Positions 11,159 to 21,871 of a DNA stretch of 64,000 nt are shown here, one piece after another. This stretch comes from Lophium mytilinum (Eukaryota): NCBI GenBank assembly GCA_010093605.1, contig MU004199.1:806001-870000 (forward strand), given 5' to 3'. Within the stretch, counting starts at the first letter, position 1, and each line of letters starts with the position of its first letter. The notes beneath the pieces were generated by a model. The model was given only the letters and a program-made list of their open reading frames with translations, searched no databases and was not told the origin of the DNA. The position numbers and the translations under genes are program-made.

Positions 11159-12721
11159 TCAGTCGTCACCCCATACGTTCCTCTCGCCCTCTAGCTCGAG
11201 CATTACGGGGCTTCTTGCGTTTTCCCGCGCTCGCTCTCTCTCTCGCTCTTCTTCGTCGTCGTCGTCTTCTTTTGCTGATTCCATCTCGCCCCAGTAGGCT
11301 GCCGAGTCGTCTTCTATACCCGTTTCTGAGGAGGTTGGGACGGCAGAATCGAGGAGGGATGTTGGGGGCGGAGAAAGGGGGAGAAGTGTTGGCGAAGGAG
11401 CGCGGTTGAGAGCTGGTTCAGAGTAAGTGGGTGGTGGAGAAGAGGCGCGTTGGGACATCTCTGTGTTTGGAGGCTGTGCTTCAGCAGGAGGTGCCGTCGC
11501 TGGAAGGTGTGATGGCGTGGACGCGGACGATCGAGGCCATTTGAGGTTCAGGAGGTTGAGAGAAAGACTATTTCGTGCGTTCGATGGACGTGCAGCGTCT
11601 GTGTCCTTTGACGTTGCGACGGGAGTAGCGCTCTTCTCTTCGTAGGATATAGCGGGTACATTTGGGTCCTCTCCAGCGTCGCTATACGGAAACGATTGCG
11701 TCTCTGATACCCTCTTTTGATGTGATGGTGTCTCTCTCTTTCCTTCGCTGACCTCGTCGATGCTTCCAGGCCTATACTTCGCTGCCGCCTTTGACGAACT
11801 CAAGGTCGATCTCGCTAACGGCGCAGAGGTGTTCGACAGTACTCCCATACTCTGGCTATGAGTATGCGTCCTCTTCTCCACAGGCCCAGGCGGTGGATCC
11901 ACGGAGATCACAACCGTCACGTCGCGCCTCGTGCCACACTTCAAACACTCCGTCGTCCTCACCACACTCTTCGTCTGCGTCTCCGAAAGATACGGCGGCG
12001 CATCAAACCGAATCTCAAACCTATCCGCCCGCCCCTCCGGCCTCATTCCCTCCAACCCACTCGCCTTCGGCAACACGACGCCCGCTCCTCTCGTCGCAAC
12101 CGGCACAACCGCCTCCACAGGCCCATTCACAAGATGCTCCACAAACGGCACCAGATTCAGCTGCGGCGTCCTCCTCATCCTGTCCTCAACCTCCAGCCTC
12201 AGCTTGTAGTCCTCCATGCTATGCAGATACTGGAAATACTTCGCGAACATATCCCCATACCACGCGCGCACCTTCCGCCCCTGCTCCACTAAATCCGCCG
12301 GGCTTTTCGCATACGTCGGCCACAGCGCGTCCATCAGCGTCTTCTCCTTCAGCGCCTTCCGCACCATCAGGTCCTCGCGGCAGCTCTCATACAGCTTTTT
12401 CTCCAGCCGCTCGTGCAGGTCGAAGCGCGCGTACCGCACGACGAGGCCGTGTACGAAGGTTGCGTCGAGGCCGTGTAGGCGGAGGTAGTCGTCGAGGGTG
12501 GCGAGGTCTTTTTGCGCTTGGGCGTTGGCGGGGCGGAAGACGGTGGGGGAGAGCTCGGTGCCCATGCACACCCAGCGGCTGGGTTGGGAGGGGATAGCGG
12601 TGGCGGTGGAGAAGAAGGAGCGGATGGGGGCGTATTCGGCTTTGAAGTAGGTGTAGAGGAAGTCGGTGATGTCTTGGGGGGTGAGGGGGGGCATGGCCAT
12701 GCCGCGGGGGATGGTGGTCAT
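11159..12721 (-). CDS. hypothetical protein, 520 aa (helical N-terminal half, CxxC, disordered C-terminal half)
   Basis: Long intronless ORF with coding-like codon use; no family recognised. Confidence 0.7.
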   Translation of the reverse strand: MTTIPRGMAMPPLTPQDITDFLYTYFKAEYAPIRSFFSTATAIPSQPSRWVCMGTELSPTVFRPANAQAQKDLATLDDYLRLHGLDATFVHGLVVRYARFDLHERLEKKLYESCREDLMVRKALKEKTLMDALWPTYAKSPADLVEQGRKVRAWYGDMFAKYFQYLHSMEDYKLRLEVEDRMRRTPQLNLVPFVEHLVNGPVEAVVPVATRGAGVVLPKASGLEGMRPEGRADRFEIRFDAPPYLSETQTKSVVRTTECLKCGTRRDVTVVISVDPPPGPVEKRTHTHSQSMGVLSNTSAPLARSTLSSSKAAAKYRPGSIDEVSEGKRETPSHQKRVSETQSFPYSDAGEDPNVPAISYEEKSATPVATSKDTDAARPSNARNSLSLNLLNLKWPRSSASTPSHLPATAPPAEAQPPNTEMSQRASSPPPTYSEPALNRAPSPTLLPLSPPPTSLLDSAVPTSSETGIEDDSAAYWGEMESAKEDDDDEEERERERARENARSPVMLELEGERNVWGDD

Positions 12722-13214
12722 GGTTGCGGTATGAATTGATCGATGTGGGAGAGAATGGCGGGGAGGACTGAAGAGAGAAATGGGAGAAGAAAACGGGAAA
12801 TGGAGGTTTAAAGTGAAATCTAAGCAGATGATGAGGCCACGATACCTCAGAATACAGTGGAGACTACCAAACCTTTGATTGTTGCTGCTGCCTGGGTTAG
12901 GTGCTGTATATGAGGAAGCTTCTTGCGCAGCTGCTAGGGTCGGGACGCGGCAGGAACACGACGTAGACGGCGGAATACGAGAACTACGTAGGCCTTGTCA
13001 GCCACCAGCCCCAACGCGGGCAACCGTAGTGGCAGAGCTGGTGTTGAAAGAGAGCGGGGAGGCCAATGAGGTGACGTCGTGAGACAGGATCGCCACTTGG
13101 GTGTGGCGCAGCATGGCATCGGGTAATTTACTTTTATTTCGATTTTCAATTAGACCTTCTTAACAGAGCTAACTCAATTATCTCAGGGCTTTTGCATAGG
13201 TCAGCAGCAATATA

Positions 13215-13437
13215 CAGCACCTGTATGCGTCCGGTGTAGCGCAGATATCCAGCCACGAAGTCAGCCGCAAAAGAGGGATAATCTCGAGATTAACGCCTCG
13301 CGGTACCTGGCTTTTGAGAGGAGTCAGCTTAGCCTCAGTAAGACACTGTTCAGAAAGGGGCTTCCTCCGCTCTAATCCTGTCTAGTACTCCCGTGGCGTA
13401 AAATCGGCGCTAGGCCACCGGACGCATACAGGTGCTG
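13215..13437. mobile_element. 223-bp MITE, Tc1/mariner-like
   Basis: Perfect 22-bp TIRs (CAGCACCTGTATGCGTCCGGTG at 13215-13236, inverse at 13416-13437), TA on both flanks, no ORF. Confidence 0.85.
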
Positions 13438-13980
13438 TATAAGTTGACTGGTGACGTGCTAAAGATCCCCAATACCTATACCACCACATCAACCTTCGTC
13501 CTTTCTTCCTCCTGCCCCTCAACCACGCAGCCATCATCAGCTTCAAAGGCTAGAGCGAAACACATGCGAAGTGCGTCTGCTAGGTAGCCAGGCATTCCAT
13601 AAGCATCATTCAACTCCACTCAATCTCTTTAACTCATTCTCCCGCGTCGCAGACACGAAGCGGATGTCGACCGCATCTTCCTCTCCATCCCTCAAGCTCA
13701 TGACTTCGTCTACCGATAATTTTCTATGACATCAATGCTCCAACACCGCATCGTCACTGAGATCCCTGCATGTACCTCCCACAGGTGTCGCGCGAAACCC
13801 TGCTCCCCCAGAAGCCACTTCCGCTCCCCCTTGTCGGTCATCCTACAAATGGCCAGTTGCGCGCAGTCTGGACAGCGTTACTCCCGCCACACGTTCTCCG
13901 CCCCGCTCCCAATTCACACCCCTCAATCCATGACATCTCGTTCCCAAGATCTTGAAAAGGCGTGCCCCACCTTCTCCTGT

Positions 13981-14565
13981 TTACACAAACGCACGGCCTT
14001 GATACACGCCATTATACCCCTCCACAGGCTCACTCATTTGGTGGAAAACCATTTGCGCAAGCTTCGCATCCCGAAGCAATCGCAAACCGCGAGGATTCAC
14101 CACCTGGAGTACCACACCGATAGCGCCCTTGTAGCCGCTATCCATGACACCAGCATTTATCAGTGCACCGGAGCGAAACAGTGAACTACGTACTAGAATC
14201 TAGCCCATTAGATCCAGAGGCATATCCACAAGTTCATTGAACTCGATGAGGTAGGATCCGCAGCATATATCTACGCATTCGCTGGGGAAATCAATGTTTG
14301 TACCGGGGATTTGCTGGGTACTATTATTGGACGGGAGCACCATCCCAGCTACGGTGCTGCTAGATTTCGAACGAGGCTCAAAGGGGATTTCGTCGGTGTC
14401 AGCGGTTTTGCGGTGCGTGGTATCAAAGTTGATGGTGCCGGACGATGACCATTTCATAACTCGCCTGACCGTAAGGTCGATCCCGCATGGTTGAATTTGA
14501 TGCTCAGCTGAGAGCAAGTGCGTAATAACCTTGCGATTAAGCGCAATCCGACCGCGGACAATCAT
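13981..14565 (-). pseudogene. archaeal-type dUTPase / dCTP-deaminase-family gene with one in-frame TAG
   Basis: QIQPCGIDLT...YLIEFNE...LMG*ILVRSSLFRSG...GVMDSGYKG...AKLAQMVF...GYNGVYQG; the frame continues intact past the TAG at 14200-14202 to TAA at 13981. Confidence 0.85.
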
Positions 14566-15166
14566 CTTGCAGTGATCAGCAATGACTCGGTGCCGATTAC
14601 GTAGGACTGAGCACACCGTTATTCTGTGACTAGACGACGTGTGAGTGAAAGTGGATCATTCAATGCTGCGCCCACAGTTAAGATCTCGGGAGCGGGCATG
14701 GAAGAACCGTGAGGCCGACGGCAGCTGAGTAGTCAGCGAAAATACCTACCTCCTTTTACTTCCTACAATGAAACAAAGAGTGCACTGAAACGTAACTACA
14801 AAGCGCTGCTGAAAGACTAACGATTGAACAAAGGCCAACAACGAACAACCTATCAAAGAATACGATTGAACCATTACCTTGGCTGCAATGCTTATCCAAT
14901 GCATCAACTCCTAGGCCGTAGTATGGCTCAACAGCTGAGCCAGCTTGTATCAAAAGAACGTCACTTCTTGAAGGCCATCCATCGCAGTCTTCATTTCCAC
15001 AATGATTGTATGTTTCCCTTTCACAAAACCTATAAGCTGAAGAAATACTAACATTCTACGTCTAATCACTCAGAACTATCCGTAATGCCTAAAGAATCAC
15101 CCAAGGGCTGCCCTCTTGCCCATTTGAGTGTCTACTCTGAGTTCCTAAGTCTCGAGTTCTAGTAGG

Positions 15167-16228
15167 TTAACTCCAGGGATCAGTGTCTTCGCCGGGAACG
15201 CCGTCGCCATTTTCATTCCTCTGTTGCCACAGCGCCTCCTCGTACTTTGGTTCTATAATTCTAATGACCTCGTCTAGCGCACTTATAAGACCATCGTGAA
15301 TGGCCTCTAAATACTTCCAGTGGTCTCTAGGGTCAAACGGTTGATACTTTTCCGCGATGAACATATTTGGCACACCAAACGCATGCGCAATCCTGTTCCT
15401 TCTTGGCCCCATACTCCACTCAATATTTAGACAATACTTAACAAACAAAGGCGCTTTTATATCGTCTATCCACTCCGTCTTGAGGCTGACTGAATCGTTT
15501 CTGATCGTTTCGTTCAAAATCTTAAGCGCGCTGTCGAGACAGATGAATCGTTGATTCATCGCATCTTTCAGCACCAACTTGAATATTTCTCCGTAGTCAT
15601 CCTCGTCTACTGTGTGTTCAAGGTTTGTATACTTATCTTCATCAAATCGTGCCCAGTTGCTGAGCGTCCTGATCATCTCCAAGTGCATTTTCGCATACTC
15701 GGCCGTCCTCAATACTTTGTTGCACGTCGTATAGTCCACAGGAAGATCTCCCGCTGCAACCGAGACCGCCGCAGTTTGGACATTATTAGAATCTCCAGTC
15801 GCCCAGGAATTAGCACCCGCGAGTCTAGAATCGTTCTGACGAAACATCGATTCCGCGGCTAGTCTATCTTGTCGGATTTGGTATGAGCTAGGAGTTGCTG
15901 AGGTTGTCTGGGTATTGATCACCGAGCTTAGGAGCCGCATATAACCGTCTATGGTATCTCGGAGGTCTTTTACTCCGTCTTGAATTATGCTTCCTTCATC
16001 AGTGTTCCCGACATCTTCGAGGAAGGCGTCCCAGTCTGAGGGAATGGTCTTCTTTACTTTTTCGAATTTCGCCCGGAATGCGTCGAGCTCTAACGGAAGA
16101 TCTCGCACTAGTCGTTGGGTATCTGTCCTTCCTGTCGTTTCTATCAGCTCGTCAATTTCGTCGATCATCTCCTGGACAAATGCAGCAGGCGAACTAAGTC
16201 TCGGCCTGGGGCCTCCCGAGGACGCCAT
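15167..16228 (-). CDS. 353-aa protein: N-terminal helical domain plus putative HEPN (HepT/DUF86-like) ribonuclease domain
   Basis: Intronless ORF; R-x4-H motif RNRIAH at aa 277-282 (15383-15400) within a DUF86-like helix pattern. The CDS is well supported; the domain call is by eye. Confidence 0.65.
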   Translation of the reverse strand: MASSGGPRPRLSSPAAFVQEMIDEIDELIETTGRTDTQRLVRDLPLELDAFRAKFEKVKKTIPSDWDAFLEDVGNTDEGSIIQDGVKDLRDTIDGYMRLLSSVINTQTTSATPSSYQIRQDRLAAESMFRQNDSRLAGANSWATGDSNNVQTAAVSVAAGDLPVDYTTCNKVLRTAEYAKMHLEMIRTLSNWARFDEDKYTNLEHTVDEDDYGEIFKLVLKDAMNQRFICLDSALKILNETIRNDSVSLKTEWIDDIKAPLFVKYCLNIEWSMGPRRNRIAHAFGVPNMFIAEKYQPFDPRDHWKYLEAIHDGLISALDEVIRIIEPKYEEALWQQRNENGDGVPGEDTDPWS

Positions 16229-16639
16229 GTCTCCTAGCTCCGAATCTGTGCGGTAACCGGTTCTGGTGAGTTTACTCTCTTATGTGCCTCCTGAAGATCT
16301 CTCGTTTTTGCTGATAGATATTTAGCGTTCCCGTGCTTCGATGGCGTGTTGAATGTCTGCAATACTATACATATACGTTAGACATAATCACAAAGCAGTG
16401 GACAAAGGTTTAAACCCCAAAACAAAAGCGAGTCGACGAACAATCCATCAAAGACGATTCTCGAACAAAGGACATTTAGAGCCCTATGTGACTTCGACCT
16501 GTCTGCCATAATTTCAATTCTGCCTCCCAGTCTACGAAACTAGAATTGTAGTTTGCTGGCGCTTGGTTCTGAATAGAGTATGACAAAGACCCTAATCCTA
16601 CCCTTTGAACATAAGTGATATTCAGTTTTCAGACTAGCA

Positions 16640-16815
16640 GCCCTCAATAGGCTCTTCAACTCAGAATATGAAGTTAAGTTCCACGCAGTGGAAATAGACT
16701 ACCTTTTGACCAAGCTGATACCTGCTCATTGGGGCACCCCTGACACTGGTGTTGACGGTGCAAGAGTGAAGTCAGAGCATTGAGATATCCATGTGTCTAA
16801 ACCTATGGCCCCGAC
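16640..16815. mobile_element. degenerate copy of the ~215-bp MITE family
   Basis: AAGTTCCACGCAGTGGAAATAGACTACCTTTTGAC and GTGTCTAAACCTATGGCC align with the internal sequence and TIR of the copies at 20264 and 48515. Confidence 0.55.
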
Positions 16816-17123
16816 AAAGACGTAAAGCACCCGAAAACGTAAATGGGGAGACTTTCAGTGGCTTCATGAAGAACATATCGTTCCATGATAGATAAATATC
16901 ACCATCAGGAAGAGTTGCCGCAACATGCTGTCTACTTTCAAGGCATAGCCGCTGTCTCGAATCCCACCCTCATAGAGTGGAGATCCAGCGCGGGATTTCC
17001 GACCTGAGGGTTAAGTGGTGCAGGAGAAGAAGATTCTCGTTCAGCTTAAGCTGGGGTAACGGAGCGGAGTTTGAGTACCGTACTTTCTTTGTGTTTGTTA
17101 GAGGAAAGGAACATAATTGCTCA

Positions 17124-19740
17124 TTAGTGATCGTTCTTTGGGCCCGACCCACGCTTTTCTTCGTCCTCCGTTGTTCTAGCCTTGCGCGACGGTCTCCAAT
17201 GCCTAATCATTCGCAGTTGCCTTCCCAATCCAATCGCGACATATAAGGCAACCCACCACTCCGACGGCGTAGTCTTTGCACGGTCAGGTTTGTAACTACC
17301 AAGCCCCTTTCCGCGATCTTTCCACTTATTGTCTTTTTCTTTCTCCATTGAGGCGAGGACGTCTTTTCGGACTTTCTTGTAGGCTGATTGAATAGCGCCC
17401 ACCAGATTGTTCAGATTCATGACCAATATGTAGGTTCCGAGCGCGACGGCAGCAGTCGTAACAGCAAAGCTGAGCTTATCAAAGCCATCGCTCATGCTCC
17501 AGAGGGCCACGCAAAACCCGAGTGGCAGGAAGAAGATAGTGACGTATGTGAGCAGCTTTACGTTCTCTGCTAGGCGAGTGGCTTCCCGGGCTTCAATAAC
17601 GCTGCTGGCGTTGAACAACTGTATTATCATATGTTAGCTTGGTGTAACAAGTGTAGGGAGACTTGGGCGTACGCCGTCCCGCAATGCGATTGCTCTACTG
17701 TGTAGATCTACAAATCGGGCGTGAAGATCGCGCAGCCGGTGACATTGAAAATCCACGTCTCGCGAGGACTCTTCAATTGTCACGTGCTCTCCCATTACTG
17801 TGCCATCACTGTCGAGTTGCTGTGTGCCAAATTTTGTCGTCATCTGATCTTGTAAAGCTTGAAGCTCGCTCTCTTTGGCGCTCCAGAAAAAAACCCACTG
17901 GTTGATGGCATCCTGGATCTGTGTTTGGAAGAGCACAATGCTATCCACATACCAAAAGTAGAGCCGCGACCTCGAGAAGGTCTCATCGTCAAACAAGAGC
18001 TGGTCGTGCGCCTCGGGATCAAGGATGGAGCTTTGCAGGCTGCGATCGAGATACATAACGATTACTTCCCAGGCATCTGCTGCGCCGCGAAGACCCTCAG
18101 CTATTATCCGCAAAAATGTGCTCGGATGGCCATCCGGATCCTCTATTTCGAAAGTTGCAGGACTCAACAGGACACCTGTCCAGTGAGGAGTTGACAAGGG
18201 ATTCTCATCTACTTGGGATAAGCCATCATCGATTGCCTGAGCGTCATCAATTCCTATTTGGAACGTAAACGCGGTCTGTTGGATGAACAGATCGTCAGTG
18301 CCATATAATTGCCCAGACTTCCAGGTCGACTCCCTCCAAAGCGGATCCTCGGGGTCCACCACCCGGTGATAAACAACATGAAAAGTTGGAGGAGTGACGT
18401 GATCCGAGTCGTCTATACCCACCATGGCGATTTGAAAAATGTCATCATGGGGCATATAAGGATTTTGCAGGGGCCGTGGGTAGCAATACAGATGCAGCCC
18501 GAAAGCCCACTTTGCGTCGTAAAAGCTACCAGTTTTGGTGAAAAAGAGCTCCCAAACTTTATCTATATTCTTGTGCTCCAGTTCTTCCGCGGAGAGCACG
18601 CTAGTGACCGCAGATGCGAGGTTTTGGATGTGGATCAATCGATGCCATGGTGAACTAGAGTGAGTTTCGATGACGCGCGCCCACCCGTCCTCCCCGTTGC
18701 ATTTCAAAAGCTTAACGCGCGACGGGTCAATCGTCAGCCATTGTTCCTCAGCATCAAGAGCAGGCCTGAAGTCTGGAACAGAAGAAGGCAGATCGTATGT
18801 AGCGGAAGAACCAAAATCATCCATGTCTGTAATCTCGAATGATCCCCCAGCTTGGTCCAATTTTTCGAAAAGCGATTTTGCTTTTCCCAGGTAGACCGTA
18901 GCCTTTTCCTTTGTATAATCCGCAAGGATGGACCTCTCGAAGGCTAGAGTGTATCTACAGTCGAAGGGAATCGTCCACAGCGGGCCGAGCACAGCTCGAA
19001 GCTTTTCCTGATCAACGGGTAAAGGATTCGCTCCGTAGTTGTTATGATGAGATCGTACGAAAGAGTAGGGCACACTTCGAACCGTTCTACTATCATCCCA
19101 TAATGGGTTAACGGGGAAGTCTCCATTGGTATCGTCCAGGTGATACCAGCGTCCATTCAATTGTTTGAGTTCCCACTCGGGCACATAATCTGGCCGCCCA
19201 ATAGCAAGAGGAAAGAAGTTCTTCCAATGTTTCGGAGACTTCCCTATTGGCCTCCCTGTACAAATATTAGCAAGGTGAATTGGACGTGATAGCTAGTAGA
19301 ACGAACTGTAACGATTACATACAGTACATCCAATCGGGCCCCGCTACTGTACCAAAATTCGGCTGCGAGGTAGATAATGGACTGAAATTGTGCCCAGGAG
19401 CGTAGCTTATGGGAAAGGGGGCCTTCTTAGGGCACTCTAGGGGGACATAGAAGGTAGATTGCGGTGCAGGGAAGCCTAGCTCTGCACATTTCCAATTTTT
19501 GCGTTCACAGAAAGTGGTCTCGTCGTCATTCTCGATGAACCGCTTGGGAGTTTCGATGCTAGTAATAGCCCCCGTAGGGCGTGGTTCAGCAGGCAATTCT
19601 GAAAGCAAATTGTGTGCCCCAGCTGCGTAGGAATTTTTCAGCTCTTGCAGAGTATTTCCCTGGTCCTTCAGGCAATCTCGGATTTCCTTCAAAACAGCCA
19701 GTATTTCATTCTGAGCCAAATGTGGCACCTGCTCCACCAT
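17124..19740 (-). CDS. fungal CorA-like (Mg2+-transporter-like C-terminal 2-TM) protein, 3 exons
   Basis: Introns about 19257-19323 and 17620-17670 join three ORFs in frame; LLFDDETFSRSRLYFW, LFNASSVIEA...NVKLLTYVTIFFLPLGFCVALWSM. Confidence 0.8.
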
Positions 19741-20263
19741 GACTCGGTATGATGCACGGACAATACTTAAGTAGGATATAGCGCGAGTTAAAAGGCAATG
19801 GAGAGAAGGCTACTTAGCTTGGGGATTACGATTATAAGTACTTGTGTGTTGGCAGTGCCAAGGAGAAACTTGGGTTAGACTCTGACCTCAAGTGCTCGTC
19901 AGCTCCGATAAAATGCGCCCATGCAAGGATAAGTCGCTACACCCTGAAGAACATAGCAATCCCTGGAGGTTCATCGTCGATCTGAACTGTTGCGCTAAAA
20001 TCCACCAAAAGGCCCAACTTAGGACTCTCAAACCTGATTGCAAAACGATTTACGCCTTCGGAGTGGTAGATTGTTTTTTACATCATGGTCGGGTTATAAT
20101 CGTACACCACGTTTCCGAGAATCATGAGGAGTAGATAAGTCCACATATGAGGTCAAGGTCCGAAGAGCTTCGAACGATTATTTTAGTTTCAAATCCAACT
20201 CCCAGACTCCCTGTCTGAACATACCAAACATAAGAGACCGATACGTAGCAACCCTTTGCATTA

Positions 20264-20476
20264 CAGTGACAGGCCACAAGCTTAGGCACACTGGTATGCC
20301 ACTGCTTGGGGCACCCCCACAGTGTTTTGAAGGCTCAAGGGCGGTGTCAAGCTTCAAGTAGTGCCTATTAGACTGCCTCTTGACTGATTGCCTGTTCAGC
20401 TGCCAGGCTACCCCTAACAGTAGTGTGGAGGGGGCAAGTTAGAGCCGAGTGTGCCCAGACTTGTGGCCTACAGCTG
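20264..20476. mobile_element. MITE family copy 1 (opposite orientation to copies 2 and 3)
   Basis: TA|CAG...CTG|TA ends, subterminal GGCCACAAG..GGCACA inverted repeat, internal similarity to 48515 and 54648. Confidence 0.8.
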
Positions 20477-20541
20477 TACAACCAGCACAGCTATAACGCT
20501 AATCCCACTCATCGCACTGTTGATACTGCCTATATCTGCCT

Positions 20542-21871
20542 TTATGGCATCGCATGCCTTGCTGGGGGCTGCGCCATCTCCACAGGCTGCTGCTGCTGTG
20601 CACCTACCGGGGCCCCAACTTGCGGCTGCCCTCCCAACTCATGATACACATCCTGCGGCGGTGACACTACGCCGTACTGCGGCTGCACATTCGCATTTCC
20701 CCATCCCGCATGAGATGGTGCGGCATATATCGGTGGCGGCGGGCTTGCGGGGCTGGGGCCCATCGATGCCGGCGTTGTGGTGGCCATTGCGAGTTTCTCG
20801 GGCGGCGAGGTGTAGTATCCACCTGCGCCGCTGGCGCCTCCTCCGACGCCGCCGGTCATGAGAACGGGAGGGGCATGGAGTGTGGAGGGGCCGGCGGCGG
20901 TATTGCGACGCTTTTTCCACCAGAGGAAGAAGCTAAGGGCGCTTGCAACCCCGAGGAAGATGAGGCCGCCTAGAACGCCGCCGACGATTGCTGCGATGGG
21001 TGTCTTCTTTCTCGGATGAATGGCGGGAGATGGGGGTGGAGTAGGAGTTGGTGTTGGCGTCGGTGTCGGTGTCGTGGTTGGGGTTGAAGTTGTGGTAGTA
21101 AAACCGGACGTTGAGATATCTGTAGTAGCTGGGCCTATGGTAGTAGCCGCGGCTGAGTCTAGAGTGGTGGCCGCGGCTGAATCGAGAGTAGTGGCCGCGG
21201 ATCCAACTATAGACTGGGTCAACAAGACAGTTGGGTGACTAGGACGGGGCAAAACTACATACTTGCAGGTAGGTCGCTATAATAGTCTCGAATGAAAGTG
21301 TATGAATCGCGTGATTCGGTCGCACATTCGGGGAAGAAGGAAGTATCTTCTTCACCGGGCGTACTTACCAAGTAGTCGTAGACACAGGTATAGCCACTCC
21401 AGACTTTATCAGCGGTGCTAACACATTCGAAGGGAAGACGCAGGGGAAATACCAGGTTATTGACGCGGCAAAAGAGGTTGTGTAGTCCTTAGAGGTGGAG
21501 GCAGAGACCCCGTAAAGCGTATCGGCGTCACAAGATGTCCCATAAAATCCCCAGTCGGTGGACCAACAACCTCCGTAAATGCCATCACTGGCAGTGTATT
21601 CTCCATAAGCGGTTCCGAGGCAGGTCCAGACATCATCTGATGTTAGACTTGTATTAGTTTGAAAGCCTTGTTTGAAGTATGGATGAGAATACAACGTACA
21701 GGTCGATTCTCCTTCTGAAGTAAAGTAGCCTACGAAATCAGGGGAAGAAACTTCGTCCTGTCTCTTTGCAAGACGTGGAGCAGCCGTTATGATGGGTTCA
21801 GGCACTGCTCCGGCCGTAGCAATAGAACCAAGTAGGGCAGGAAGTGCAGCTAACATGTGAAGGGGAAACAT
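20542..21871 (-). CDS. type I membrane protein: signal peptide, Cys-containing ectodomain, Ser/Thr stalk, one TM helix, Pro-rich tail (Mid2/SKG6-like); multi-exon
   Basis: MFPLHMLAALPALLG signal with a KR site; SAAATTLD repeats; AAIVGGVLGGLIFLG...WWKKRR; tail VYHELGG; exon boundaries approximate. Confidence 0.75.
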
